From: Thermoanaerobaculia bacterium
GTDB taxonomy: Bacteria; Acidobacteriota; Thermoanaerobaculia; UBA5066
Direction of reading: 5' to 3'
DNA: 64,000 nt
NCBI GenBank assembly: GCA_963816185.1
Contig: CAWFJJ010000025.1
Span: 96,001 to 160,000 of the forward strand
Position numbers and translations under genes: made by a program. The notes beneath the pieces were generated by a model. The model made no database searches, was not told the origin of the DNA, and saw only the letters and a program-made list of their open reading frames with translations. Below are positions 1-9,136 of this stretch, piece after piece (position 1 is the stretch's first letter; every line of letters begins with the position of its first letter).

Positions 1-2238
1 GGCCGGCGCGAAGGGACCGGACTCGATGAGCCGGAGCACGTCGAAAAGCTCCCGGTCCGACTCGAGGACGTCGCGCGGGTGGTAACCGCGGCGCACGAGG
101 TCCTCCACCTCGCCCGCCGTCAGACCGAAAAGGAAGAAATTCTCCTCGCCGACTGCGTTGCGAATCTCCACGTTCGCGCCGTCGAGCGTGCCGATCGTGA
201 GCGCTCCGTTCATCGCGAACTTCATGTTCCCCGTGCCGGACGCCTCCTTGCCCGCGGTGGAGATCTGCTCCGACAGGTCGGCAGCCGGGTAGATGCGCTG
301 GGCGTTCTTCACGTTGAAGTCGGGAACGAACACGACCGACAGGAGGTCCTTCGCGACCGGGTGCTGCGCGAGCGTCTCTCCGAGCGCGGTGGCCAGGCGG
401 ATGATCAGCTTCGCCATGTGATAAGCGGGCGCCGCCTTGCCGGAGAAGATGAAGGTGCGCGGCGCGATGCCCGCCACGTCTCCGCGAAGGATGCGCTGAT
501 ACAGCCAGACGACGTGCAGCAGGTTGAGCTGCTGCCTCTTGTATTCGTGAATGCGCTTGCACTGTGCGTCGAAGAGGGTGCTGGGGTCCAGGGCGCGGCC
601 CATCGTGTCGTGGACCCACCCCGCCAGGCGTTCCTTGTTGGCCTGCTTCACGACGCGCCAGCGCTCCCGGAACCCGGCGTCCAGGGCGAGGCGTTCCAGA
701 CCGGCGAGGCGGTCGAGATCCGTGAGCCAGCCGTCCCCGATCGCCTCCGTGATGAGAGACGACAGGCGCGGGTTCGCCAGGGCGAGGAACCGCCGTGGGG
801 TGACGCCGTTCGTGACGTTCGTGAAGCGCTCCGGCCACAGATCGGCGAAGTCGTTGAGGACGGTCTCGCGGAGGAGCCGCGAGTGCAGCGCCGCGACGCC
901 GTTCACTTTCTGGCTCGCGACGGTCGCGAGGTTCGCCATCCGCACGCTCTTTGCGCCTTGCTCGTCGACCAGGCTGAGGCGCGAGAGCCGCGCGTCGTCG
1001 CCGGGGAAGCGCGCCCGCACCTCGTCGAGGAAGCGCTGGTTGATCTCGTAGATGATCTCCAGGTGCCGCGGCAGCAGGCTCTGGAAGAGCGGCAGCGGCC
1101 ACGTTTCGAGCGCCTCGGGCAGGAGCGTGTGGTTCGTGTAGCTGAAAGAGCGCGACGTGATGGACCAGGCCTCGTCCCAGCCCAGGCCGTGCTCGTCCAT
1201 GAGGAGGCGCATCAGCTCCGGGATCGCGAGCGTCGGGTGGGTGTCGTTGAGCTGGACCGCGAACTTCTCCGCGAATTTGTCGACGGTGGTGCGCTGGAGG
1301 AGCAGGCGGATGCAGTCCTGCAACGCGCAGGACACGAAGAAGTACTCCTGCTCGAGCCGCAGCTGCTTGCCGGCCGTCGAGGCGTCGTTCGGGTAGACGA
1401 CCTTGGTGATGTTCTCGCTCCGGATCTTCTCGTCGACCGCGCGCCAGTACGCGCCGACCTGGAACGCGTCGAGATCGAACTCCTCGGCGGCGACGGCCGT
1501 CCACAGGCGGAGGAAGTTCGTCGTCACCGTCCGGTAGCCCACGACCGGCGTGTCGTAGGGAACGCCGCGCACGACGCGGGCGGGGATCCACTTCACGCGT
1601 GAGCGGCCGGCGGGGTCCACGACGATCTCGGTGCGCCCGCCGAAGCCGACGGTGTGCTCGATCTCGTACCGGCGCACCTCCCAGGGATTGCCGAGGCGCA
1701 GCCAGCGATCGGTGCGCTCTGCCTGCCATCCGTCCCGGATCTCCTGATCGAAAATGCCGAACTCATAGCGAATGCCGTGGCCGATGGCCGCGAAATCGAG
1801 CGTCGCGAGCGAGTCCATGAAGCAGGCCGCGAGGCGCCCCAGGCCGCCGTTGCCGAGGCCCGGCTCCTCTTCGTGCTCGATGAGCTCGTCGATGTCGAGG
1901 CCGAGAGACTCCATGGCCTTTCGCGCCGGACCCTCGATGCCGAGGTTCAGGAGGTTGTGCCCGAGCTGGGGCCCCATCAGGTACTCCGCGGAGAGATAGA
2001 TGACGGTGCGGGTCTGCTCCTCGAGATAGGTGCGCGCGGAGCGGATCCAGCGGTGCAGGATCCGGTCGCGCACGGCGCGGGCGAGCGCGAGATAGTGATC
2101 GTTTCGTGTCGCGACGCCCGGGAACTTCGCGACCTCGAAGAAGAGCTTCTCGACGAACGATCGGCGGATCGCTCCGGCGTCGAGGCCGAGCACCACGTCG
2201 TCCGCGTTGACGTCTTTCGCCGGGCGGCCAGGGAGCAT
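1..2238 (-). CDS. glgP: glycogen/starch phosphorylase (3' end runs off window)
   Basis: Manual minus-strand translation from ATG 2238: MLPGRPAK...YLSAEYLMG...GLGNGGLGRLAAC...QLNDTHP...TNGVTPRR...KRIHEYKRQ; absent from the ORF track because it is truncated by the edge. Confidence 0.95.
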   Translation of the reverse strand, partial: MLPGRPAKDVNADDVVLGLDAGAIRRSFVEKLFFEVAKFPGVATRNDHYLALARAVRDRILHRWIRSARTYLEEQTRTVIYLSAEYLMGPQLGHNLLNLGIEGPARKAMESLGLDIDELIEHEEEPGLGNGGLGRLAACFMDSLATLDFAAIGHGIRYEFGIFDQEIRDGWQAERTDRWLRLGNPWEVRRYEIEHTVGFGGRTEIVVDPAGRSRVKWIPARVVRGVPYDTPVVGYRTVTTNFLRLWTAVAAEEFDLDAFQVGAYWRAVDEKIRSENITKVVYPNDASTAGKQLRLEQEYFFVSCALQDCIRLLLQRTTVDKFAEKFAVQLNDTHPTLAIPELMRLLMDEHGLGWDEAWSITSRSFSYTNHTLLPEALETWPLPLFQSLLPRHLEIIYEINQRFLDEVRARFPGDDARLSRLSLVDEQGAKSVRMANLATVASQKVNGVAALHSRLLRETVLNDFADLWPERFTNVTNGVTPRRFLALANPRLSSLITEAIGDGWLTDLDRLAGLERLALDAGFRERWRVVKQANKERLAGWVHDTMGRALDPSTLFDAQCKRIHEYKRQQLNLLHVVWLYQRILRGDVAGIAPRTFIFSGKAAPAYHMAKLIIRLATALGETLAQHPVAKDLLSVVFVPDFNVKNAQRIYPAADLSEQISTAGKEASGTGNMKFAMNGALTIGTLDGANVEIRNAVGEENFFLFGLTAGEVEDLVRRGYHPRDVLESDRELFDVLRLIESGPFAPA

Positions 2239-2341
2239 GGCGAATGATAGGACGTCAGATCCGAGCCGGCGGCGGCACCTATGTCCGGTGGGACATCCCG
2301 ACTAGAATCCCCGCTGCCGTCGGACTTAAAGGAGGTCGGCC

Positions 2342-2794
2342 ATGGCGAGAGTCTATTTGACCGGAAACACGACGCAGAAGCTCCTCTACACGGTCGACCA
2401 AGCCGTCGGAGCGGGAGGTGGGAACAGGCGCGACGACGTCCTCCTCGTGCAGCTCTTCCTGAGAGTGCAAACGGAGCCCGGCGGCTCCGAGGCGCCTTAC
2501 CAGCCGCCCGGCCGCAGGCCGCTCGCGATCGACGGAGTCTGTGGAGACGATACGCTTGCCTACATCCGCTTCTATCAAGAAGAGGCTCGGCGCCGGTTTC
2601 CGCAGGCGGCGGCGCCCGACGGGAGGGTGGATCCGATGCGCTCGGGGACGATTTTCGCATCCATCACGCACAAGGAGTACATGATTGCGTCTCTCAACGT
2701 CGGCTACCGAGAGAAAAGGGGAGACATGTACCTCGACATCGGCAAGGACCCCCTCTTTCCGGCGGGTCTGAGGAAGTCGTTCTACATCGGCTAG
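2342..2794 (+). CDS. hypothetical protein with peptidoglycan-binding-like motif
   Basis: AAGGAGG RBS; VGAGGGNRRDDVLLVQ...IDGVCGDDT...IRFYQ resembles a PG_binding_1 three-helix domain. Confidence 0.65.
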   Translation: MARVYLTGNTTQKLLYTVDQAVGAGGGNRRDDVLLVQLFLRVQTEPGGSEAPYQPPGRRPLAIDGVCGDDTLAYIRFYQEEARRRFPQAAAPDGRVDPMRSGTIFASITHKEYMIASLNVGYREKRGDMYLDIGKDPLFPAGLRKSFYIG

Positions 2795-2827
2795 GCTGGG
2801 AAGCGGCGGAGGCCTACCTAGTATCGG

Positions 2828-3577
2828 TCAGAACTTGTAGACGAAGGCCGCGATGAGCGCCGTGTCGGTTTTCTTGAGCGAGGCCGGATTGGGCCTGTTC
2901 TTCGTGTCGACGAGATAGGTGATCTTGAGCTCGGAGGCCTTCGTGATCGAGGCCGCGAGACTCATCTCGAAGTGGTAGAAGGAGTCGGACGTGTGGTTCG
3001 CTTTCCAGAGGCCGGCCGCCTTCTCCGTGAACGTGGCGCTCGGCGAGATCTTCCAGGCGAAGCCCTGCCCGAGGGAGAAAGCCCCGGCATTGGTCGCGGC
3101 GTAGCCGCTGTCGGACTCGAAGGCGCCGCCGACCGAGGCATCCCCCGTGAGCTCGAGGTTCTTCTGCTTGAGGAAGTAGTAGCCGCCGCCCGCCATCGGC
3201 GTGATGAGATAGAGGACGTTCTTGAATTGGTCGCGGAGGTAGCCGACCTGGGCGAAGGCGTAGACGCGGTCGGTGACCGTGTACTCGAGACGAAAGCTCG
3301 CGCCACCCTTGTCCGCCGTGGCCGCGCCGTTGTTTGCGGAGCGAAGGTAAAAGCCATCCGCCCTGAAAAGAACGTGCGTCTTCGGGTCGTAGACGAGATT
3401 GAACCCGAGGTTGAAGGTGCTCGTGTCCGTGTTGCCGGTCGTGAGCGCGAGTCCCGCGCTCAACGAGCCCTGGAGCGGCGGGGGAGGCGGCTCGGGGCAG
3501 GGGCAGGGCTGTGCGAACGCGGGTGCGGCCGCGAGGAGGACGAGGAGCGCCGGGCGGAAGAGCTTCTTGAACGTCAT
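2828..3577 (-). CDS. DUF481/YdiY-family outer-membrane beta-barrel protein
   Basis: Signal peptide MTFKKL..AFA, LTTGNTDT motif, amphipathic strands, C-terminal aromatic YKF. Confidence 0.85.
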   Translation of the reverse strand: MTFKKLFRPALLVLLAAAPAFAQPCPCPEPPPPPLQGSLSAGLALTTGNTDTSTFNLGFNLVYDPKTHVLFRADGFYLRSANNGAATADKGGASFRLEYTVTDRVYAFAQVGYLRDQFKNVLYLITPMAGGGYYFLKQKNLELTGDASVGGAFESDSGYAATNAGAFSLGQGFAWKISPSATFTEKAAGLWKANHTSDSFYHFEMSLAASITKASELKITYLVDTKNRPNPASLKKTDTALIAAFVYKF

Positions 3578-3622
3578 CGGGTCTTGAACCTCCGCAGAAG
3601 ATTTGTTTCGCCGGAATGGCAA

Positions 3623-4030
3623 CTATTTCTTGAGCAGGTCCCGGATCTCGGTGAGGAGCTGCTGATCTTTCGTAGGTCCGGGCGGGACGGGTGCGGGAGC
3701 TTCTCCCTTGAGGCGGTTCGCCTGCTTCACGATGAGGAAGATCGCGAAGCCCACGATCAGAAAGTCGATGATCGCGTTGAAAAAGATGCCGTAATTTATG
3801 GTCGGGAGACCCGCCGCCTTTGCCGCCGCGAGCGTGTCGGCCGGTTTTCCGGACAGGTTGACGAACAGGTTGGAGAAGTCGACTTTTCCCAGAACCAGGC
3901 CGATGGGCGGCATGAGGACGTCGTTCGTGAAAGACGAGACGACTTTTCCGAACGCGGCCCCGATGATGATCCCGACGGCCAGATCGAGGACGTTGCCCTT
4001 GCTGATGAACTCCCTGAATTCCTTGAACAT
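3623..4030 (-). CDS. mscL: large-conductance mechanosensitive channel
   Basis: [28 protein letters not shown]...LLTEIRDLL. Confidence 0.97.
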   Translation of the reverse strand: MFKEFREFISKGNVLDLAVGIIIGAAFGKVVSSFTNDVLMPPIGLVLGKVDFSNLFVNLSGKPADTLAAAKAAGLPTINYGIFFNAIIDFLIVGFAIFLIVKQANRLKGEAPAPVPPGPTKDQQLLTEIRDLLKK

Positions 4031-4093
4031 GAGTACTCCTGTCATGAACCGGAATGGCTTCCCCGGATCCATCGCAAAATATACGAGGCGCCC

Positions 4094-4495
4094 ATGAACG
4101 CAAGTGCGATGCCGGTGAACGCGCGCGCGTACACGCTCGTTTACGACGGAGACTGCCGGTTCTGCGTCCGGTCGGCGAATCTCATTACCTCGTGGGACCG
4201 CGACGGCGCGATCGAGCTCGTCCCGCTCCAGCGCGGCGGCCTCGGCGAGCGATTCCCGTGGATCCCGGAGGGCGCCTACCGCGAGGCCATGCAGCTCGTC
4301 GGCCCCGGGAACGAGACGTGGAGCGGCGCCGCCGCGGCCGAGCGCCTCGCGAAAATCCTGCCGGGCGGGCGCCCGCTGGGATGCCTTTTCGCACTGCCTT
4401 TCGCGCGGCCGGTCGCCGACCGGGTCTACCGCCTCGTCGCGCGCAACCGGTCCCGGCTCGGCTGCGGCACACACTGCGCGCGGCCGAGGCGATGA
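4094..4495 (+). CDS. DCC1-like (DUF393) thiol-disulfide oxidoreductase
   Basis: YDGDCRFC motif and C-terminal YRLVARNR. Confidence 0.88.
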   Translation: MNASAMPVNARAYTLVYDGDCRFCVRSANLITSWDRDGAIELVPLQRGGLGERFPWIPEGAYREAMQLVGPGNETWSGAAAAERLAKILPGGRPLGCLFALPFARPVADRVYRLVARNRSRLGCGTHCARPRR

Positions 4496-4498
4496 TCG

Positions 4499-5176
4499 TC
4501 ATTCCGGGAGGATGACCTCCGTCCGGCGGTTCAGGGCGCGCCCCTCGGCCGTGGCGTTCGAGGCGACCTCGAACTGCTTGCCGAACCCCTGCGTCTTGAT
4601 GCGCGCGCCATCCACCTTCTGGTTCACGAGGAAATTCCGCACGGCCTCGGCGCGCTGGAGCGAGAGCTTGTCGTTCAAGGCATCGCTGCCCGTCGAGTCC
4701 GTGTAGCCGCAGACGTAGACGGCGGCCTTGGGGAAGTACTGGTTCAGGATCTCGGCCTGCGTCGCGAGCACGGGGAGCGCGTCCGGCTTTAGGTCGGACT
4801 TGCCCGAATCGAAGCAGACCTTCTCGGCGTATTCGAAGACGAGGACTTTCGTCAGGCCGAGCTTCTGCGCGACGGGCGAGATGCCCCCCTTGCCCAGGCG
4901 GAAGATGACCTGAGCCTGATCGGGCGAGACGATGCGGATGCGCTTTTCGACGACCTCGAGGTCGGCGCTCGACGCGGTGATCGACGAGACGTCCTCGAAC
5001 GTATTCACGTTCAGTGATTTCGGCGTCTCGCCGATGACCTTCCCCTTGTAGGAGACCGTCGCTTTCTCGGGCTCGGAAAGGACGTCGACCGCCATTTTCA
5101 TCTGAACGCCGTGCGTGCAGCCCGCGAACAGCGCGGCGAAGGCGATCGGGATACCGAGACGGATGGATTTCGTCAT
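4499..5176 (-). CDS. OmpA-family lipoprotein with N-terminal PEGA-like domain
   Basis: Lipobox LFAGC; SEPEKATV..GETP; GYTDSTGSDALNDKLSLQRA; NRRTE. Confidence 0.9.
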   Translation of the reverse strand: MTKSIRLGIPIAFAALFAGCTHGVQMKMAVDVLSEPEKATVSYKGKVIGETPKSLNVNTFEDVSSITASSADLEVVEKRIRIVSPDQAQVIFRLGKGGISPVAQKLGLTKVLVFEYAEKVCFDSGKSDLKPDALPVLATQAEILNQYFPKAAVYVCGYTDSTGSDALNDKLSLQRAEAVRNFLVNQKVDGARIKTQGFGKQFEVASNATAEGRALNRRTEVILPE

Positions 5177-5231
5177 GTTCAGCCTCCCTCGTCCGACGAC
5201 GGCGGAATCTATCCGACCGGATCGGGCGCCG

Positions 5232-6983
5232 TCAAAAGCGAATCGCGAGGCCGAAGCGGCCTTCGATGGGCTGGCCCTGTTCGTCCCGCGCCGGACGGAA
5301 CCGGTACTTCGAGAGGGCCTCGAGCGCGAGCGCGTCGCACGCCGGGGAGACGGGCGAGATGACGTGGCGGCTCTTCAGGCTGCCGTCCTCTCCGATGACG
5401 ACCGAGATTCCGACGACCTGGCCGCCGCATTCGCGCTCCTGTGCGGGAGACAGGGCGGTCCTGACTTCCTCCTCGACGTCCGGCCTCGTCACGGCGTGGC
5501 GCGGGACGGGCGGGGGCGCGGCGGTCGGGACTGGCGCACGAGCGGGTCCGCGGATTGGAGCTTCGTGCGCGATACGGACCCGCGCAGGGGCGGTCGGCGC
5601 CGCGCTGGGAAGGGGCGTGGGCACCGTCAGCAGGGCCTCGGGCGGCGGCGCTTGCGCGCGGGTGGGAGCCGCGGTCCGGACGGGCGAGGGAGCCACCGCT
5701 GGGATGGCGGGCCTCGCCTCGGGAACGACAATCGCTGACCTCTCGCGCGTCAGGAAGTAAGCGCCCGCCGCGAGGGCTGCGAGGATCAGGACGCCCGCGC
5801 CGACCGCCGGCCAGAGCCACACGGGTCGCCGCCGCGCGGGAGCGGGAGGCACTGGAGTCGGAGCCGCCGGAATCGAAGGTGCCGGAACCGGAGGCGCCGG
5901 CACCGGCTCCCCCAGAATCGAAGCGATCGCCGCAAGAGTCGCCCGGGACGGCGGCGTGGCCGAAGCGGGGGACCGGGCGAAAGTCGGCTGTGTCGGGGCC
6001 CTCTCTTCCGGAGGCTCGGGCCACGCCTCCGGAGCGGGTCGTACGAGCGGCGGGGCGGGGACGGGCGCCACGGTTGGAGCCGTGGGGGAGACGATCGCGG
6101 CACGCTCGGCGGAGGGGCGCGAGCGCGTCGTCTTCGGGTGGACCTCCGCGAGAAAAGTTTCGAGGTCCTCGCGCATCTCGGCAGCCGACGCATAGCGTTC
6201 TTCCCGATTGCGCGCCAGCGAGCGGTGAACGATGCGTTCGAGTTCGGGGTGAACGTCCGCGCGCCGGCCGGAGAGCGGCGGCGCGTCCTCGGTCAGGCGC
6301 CGCGCGAGGGCCGACATGTTCTCCGTGCGGAAAGGGATGGTTCCCGTGAGCATCTGGTACAGCGTGACGCCGAGCGAGTAGACGTCGGTGCGCCCGTCGA
6401 GCGGCTGGCCCCGGAGCTGCTCGGGCGAAAGGTAGGCAGGCGAGCCGAGGATGAATCCCGTCTGGGTCTTCACGAGGTTGTCGCCCGTCTTCGCGATGCC
6501 GAAGTCCATGAGGAACGGCCGCCCGCGCTTGTCGAGGAGGACGTTGTCGGGCTTGATGTCGCGGTGGATGATCCCGCGCGCGTGGCTGTATTCGAGCGCG
6601 TCCAGAAGCGGAATCACGATCCTCGCGGCGGCTCCCTCGTCGAAGGAGCCCCGGCTCCCGAGCTCGCCCGTGAGCGTCCCCCCTTCCACGAATTGCATCG
6701 AGTACCAGAGCGTGCCCTCGACGTGCCCGAAGTCGTAGATCTTCACGATGCTCGGGTGCTCGAGCGACGCCGCGACGCGCGCCTCCTGGCGGAAACGCTT
6801 CGCGAACTCGGAGTCCTCCACGTGCGTTTCGAGGAGAACTTTCAGGGCCTCGAACCGCTGCAGGCTCGCGCTCCGGACCTGGTACACGGACGCGAACCCG
6901 CCGCGTCCTAGGAAACCGAGAAACTCGTAGCGGCCGGCGAGAAGCTTCTCGACCGCCCGGCCGCGGCCGTCCACGGGCTGCAC
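5232..6983 (-). CDS. Hanks-type Ser/Thr kinase with TM helix and C-terminal TonB-like domain
   Basis: LGRGGFASVY, ALK, HRDIKPDN, DFG, YLSPE; Pro-rich linkers; TM; C-terminal ...ALEALSKYRFRPARDEQGQPI. Confidence 0.92.
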   Translation of the reverse strand: MQPVDGRGRAVEKLLAGRYEFLGFLGRGGFASVYQVRSASLQRFEALKVLLETHVEDSEFAKRFRQEARVAASLEHPSIVKIYDFGHVEGTLWYSMQFVEGGTLTGELGSRGSFDEGAAARIVIPLLDALEYSHARGIIHRDIKPDNVLLDKRGRPFLMDFGIAKTGDNLVKTQTGFILGSPAYLSPEQLRGQPLDGRTDVYSLGVTLYQMLTGTIPFRTENMSALARRLTEDAPPLSGRRADVHPELERIVHRSLARNREERYASAAEMREDLETFLAEVHPKTTRSRPSAERAAIVSPTAPTVAPVPAPPLVRPAPEAWPEPPEERAPTQPTFARSPASATPPSRATLAAIASILGEPVPAPPVPAPSIPAAPTPVPPAPARRRPVWLWPAVGAGVLILAALAAGAYFLTRERSAIVVPEARPAIPAVAPSPVRTAAPTRAQAPPPEALLTVPTPLPSAAPTAPARVRIAHEAPIRGPARAPVPTAAPPPVPRHAVTRPDVEEEVRTALSPAQERECGGQVVGISVVIGEDGSLKSRHVISPVSPACDALALEALSKYRFRPARDEQGQPIEGRFGLAIRF

Positions 6984-7024
6984 GCCGCATGGTAACGCCT
7001 GAACGGCGGCCGGCGGCTGGGCTC

Positions 7025-7303
7025 TCAGGCGGGCCGGGGCTTACGGAAGCGCGAGAGGTCGACGACGCCGGCGAGCGGTGCGCGCCCGTTGCGTCGTTTT
7101 CCGAAGAACGACGTCGACTCGCGCCGGATGAGGATCGTCACGGCGGCCGCGAGGATCCAGGGCACGAGCATGAAAAGGCCGACGAGAGGCCAGATGTTCG
7201 GATCCTTCGGGGAGGCCGAGGCCGCGCACGCGGGGCACGCGATCGCCCCGCGCCCGAGGAGCACGAGACCTGCGAGGAGGGCGGCGCGAACGGTCGTCTT
7301 CAT
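7025..7303 (-). CDS. small membrane protein with CxxC, last gene of cox operon
   Basis: MKTTVR..., ACPAC after signal-like segment, one TM helix; 8 nt from cox IV. Confidence 0.6.
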   Translation of the reverse strand: MKTTVRAALLAGLVLLGRGAIACPACAASASPKDPNIWPLVGLFMLVPWILAAAVTILIRRESTSFFGKRRNGRAPLAGVVDLSRFRKPRPA

Positions 7304-7310
7304 GCCGGCC

Positions 7311-7667
7311 TCAGTGATGGACCCACGGCACGGGCACGCCCCGCAGGAGGTTGAACGCATCGAGCAAGAGGAAGACGGCGTAGGAGCCCGCGAGCGGAAG
7401 GGGCAGGAACGCGAGCCACAGGAGCGAGCGCTTTTCGTACTTCAGGTGCATGTAGTAGAGGCCCACGAACGAGGCCTTCGACAGCGCGAGCGCAATCATG
7501 ACGGCCGAGATGATCCGCTTGTCGATCTTCGAGTAGGACACCGCGACCTCGACGATCGTGAGGACGAGGAGCACCCAGAAGATCCGGAAGTAGTCGCGCC
7601 GGTGGTCGGGGGCCCGCTGGACGCCCGCGTCCGCCGCGTGAGGGACCGAGGAGGCATGCTCGCTCAT
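7311..7667 (-). CDS. cytochrome c oxidase subunit IV (caa3-type)
   Basis: YFRIFWVLLVLTIVEV...KASFVGLYYMHLKYE. Confidence 0.88.
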   Translation of the reverse strand: MSEHASSVPHAADAGVQRAPDHRRDYFRIFWVLLVLTIVEVAVSYSKIDKRIISAVMIALALSKASFVGLYYMHLKYEKRSLLWLAFLPLPLAGSYAVFLLLDAFNLLRGVPVPWVHH

Positions 7668-7678
7668 GTCGTTCTCTT

Positions 7679-8293
7679 TCAGGGAATGAGGTAGACGAGG
7701 GTGAAGACGAGGATCCAGATGAGGTCGACGAAGTGCCAGAAGAGGCCCGTGATCTCGACGAAATTGGCGCCGTTCTCGAGGTGCTTGCCCCGCGAGACCC
7801 CGAACGCGGTGATCAGCAGGTAGCACACGCCCGTGAAGACGTGCGCTCCGTGGAAGCTCGTGATGACGTAGAAAGTGGCCGGGAAGTTGCCGGACGGAAG
7901 CGTGAAGCCCTCGTGGATGAGGTGCCGGTATTCGTAGACCTGCCCGCACAGAAAGAAGACGCCGCCGGACGCGGTGGCGAGCAGCCAGCGGACCGCCTGC
8001 TTCACGTTCCGGTGCTGGGCCGCGTCGAGCCCGAGCACCATCGTGAGGCTGCTCACGATGAGCACGAAGGTCATGACCGCCGTGAAGGGAATTCCGAGGA
8101 CGGTCGTGGGCGTGGGCCATTGCTTATTGCCCGCGCGGAGGATTCCGTAGGCGAGGAGCAGCCCGCCGAACGTCATCGCGTCCGTGACGAGGAAGATCCA
8201 CATGCCGACCTTCCCCGTCGTCGCCGGGCCGAACGTGGGCGTCGTCAGGGGAGCCGCAGCGGGGGCGTACGAGGCCTCAGGGCGAGAGCTCAT
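7679..8293 (-). CDS. heme-copper oxidase subunit III (CoxP-like)
   Basis: GKVGMWIFLVTDAMTFGG; FYVITSFHGAHV; FWHFVDLIW. Confidence 0.93.
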   Translation of the reverse strand: MSSRPEASYAPAAAPLTTPTFGPATTGKVGMWIFLVTDAMTFGGLLLAYGILRAGNKQWPTPTTVLGIPFTAVMTFVLIVSSLTMVLGLDAAQHRNVKQAVRWLLATASGGVFFLCGQVYEYRHLIHEGFTLPSGNFPATFYVITSFHGAHVFTGVCYLLITAFGVSRGKHLENGANFVEITGLFWHFVDLIWILVFTLVYLIP

Positions 8294-8842
8294 TCAGAGT
8301 CCTTCCATGTTCACGAGGAGTCCGGTGTCGCGCATCATCAGGTCGATCTCGTCGGGGGACGGCGCGCCGAGCCGCCGCATCCGACCGCGCGCGTCGAGGA
8401 GCAGAAGCCGTCCCGCGAGGGTGCCGCCCTCCGGCGCTCGAAGCGCCTTCAGCGTAGCGGCCTCGAGGGGCTTGACGTCGCCGCCCGCGAGAGTCCAGCG
8501 CCACGCGCCCGCCCCGGCGCCTTTCGCGAGGGCGGCGAGCGTCGGGCTGGCCGGGGAAGACCGCGTCGTGTCGACGAAGCTGACGAGGTGAACCGCTTCG
8601 CCCGTGTTCCGAACGCGCCGCTGGAGCTTCGCGAGCGGCGACCCGCCTTCCGCGAGCGCGGCGGCCGTCGTGAATTCGGCGACGACGAGGTGCCCGCGGA
8701 GGTCCGTCTCGTGAACGGGCTTGCCGCCCTGGTCGACGAGCGCGAAGGCCGGGAACGAGCCGAGAACGGGCGGCGCGGGCGGCAGCGCTCGCCGGACCGA
8801 CCGCACGAGCGGCAGCGCGAACGCGGCCGCAACGAACAGCAC
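8294..8842 (-). CDS. SCO/SenC-like protein, degenerate (no CxxxC); start uncertain
   Basis: FALVDQGGKPV..DLRG, LVSF, WTLAGG, LLLLDARGRMR thioredoxin-fold pattern; in cox operon. Confidence 0.7.
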   Translation of the reverse strand: MLFVAAAFALPLVRSVRRALPPAPPVLGSFPAFALVDQGGKPVHETDLRGHLVVAEFTTAAALAEGGSPLAKLQRRVRNTGEAVHLVSFVDTTRSSPASPTLAALAKGAGAGAWRWTLAGGDVKPLEAATLKALRAPEGGTLAGRLLLLDARGRMRRLGAPSPDEIDLMMRDTGLLVNMEGL

Positions 8843-8914
8843 CCAGAACAGCTTGCTCCCCGTGACGCGCGCCGCGACGTCGCTGAAGAATGAAAGACGA
8901 AGAAGAAGAGGATG

Positions 8915-9136
8915 AATTCTTAGAAAGAGAAGAAGGGGAGGAAGAGGAGAATTCTTTCTTATATGCGGCGGCTGCTGATGCAGCCGCCGATAGTTGAAAA
9001 TCTTCTTCCCGAATGGCCGATGTCAAGGGCGCGCTTCGCGCGCCGCGCAGCGGTCGCGGACCCTTGACATCGGTCATTCGGGAAATATCCGGTCTTAGCA
9101 AGATCTTCTTGTCTCCTGTCCTTCTTTCTAAGAATT
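8915..9136. mobile_element. MITE/REP-like nested palindromic element
   Basis: 14-bp perfect inverted ends (8915-8928 / 9123-9136), 24-bp internal inverted repeat (9006-9029 / 9061-9084, 1 mismatch), 10-bp hairpin 8966-8989; AT-rich relative to the flanks. Confidence 0.6.

Noticed and set aside
79-2247. Plus-strand ORFs 79-1602 and 1654-2247
   Set aside because: Antisense shadows of glgP; typical of high-GC DNA
8277-9101. 274-aa Ser/Arg-rich ORF through the palindromic element
   Set aside because: Low complexity, overlaps the SCO-like gene out of frame, no motifs
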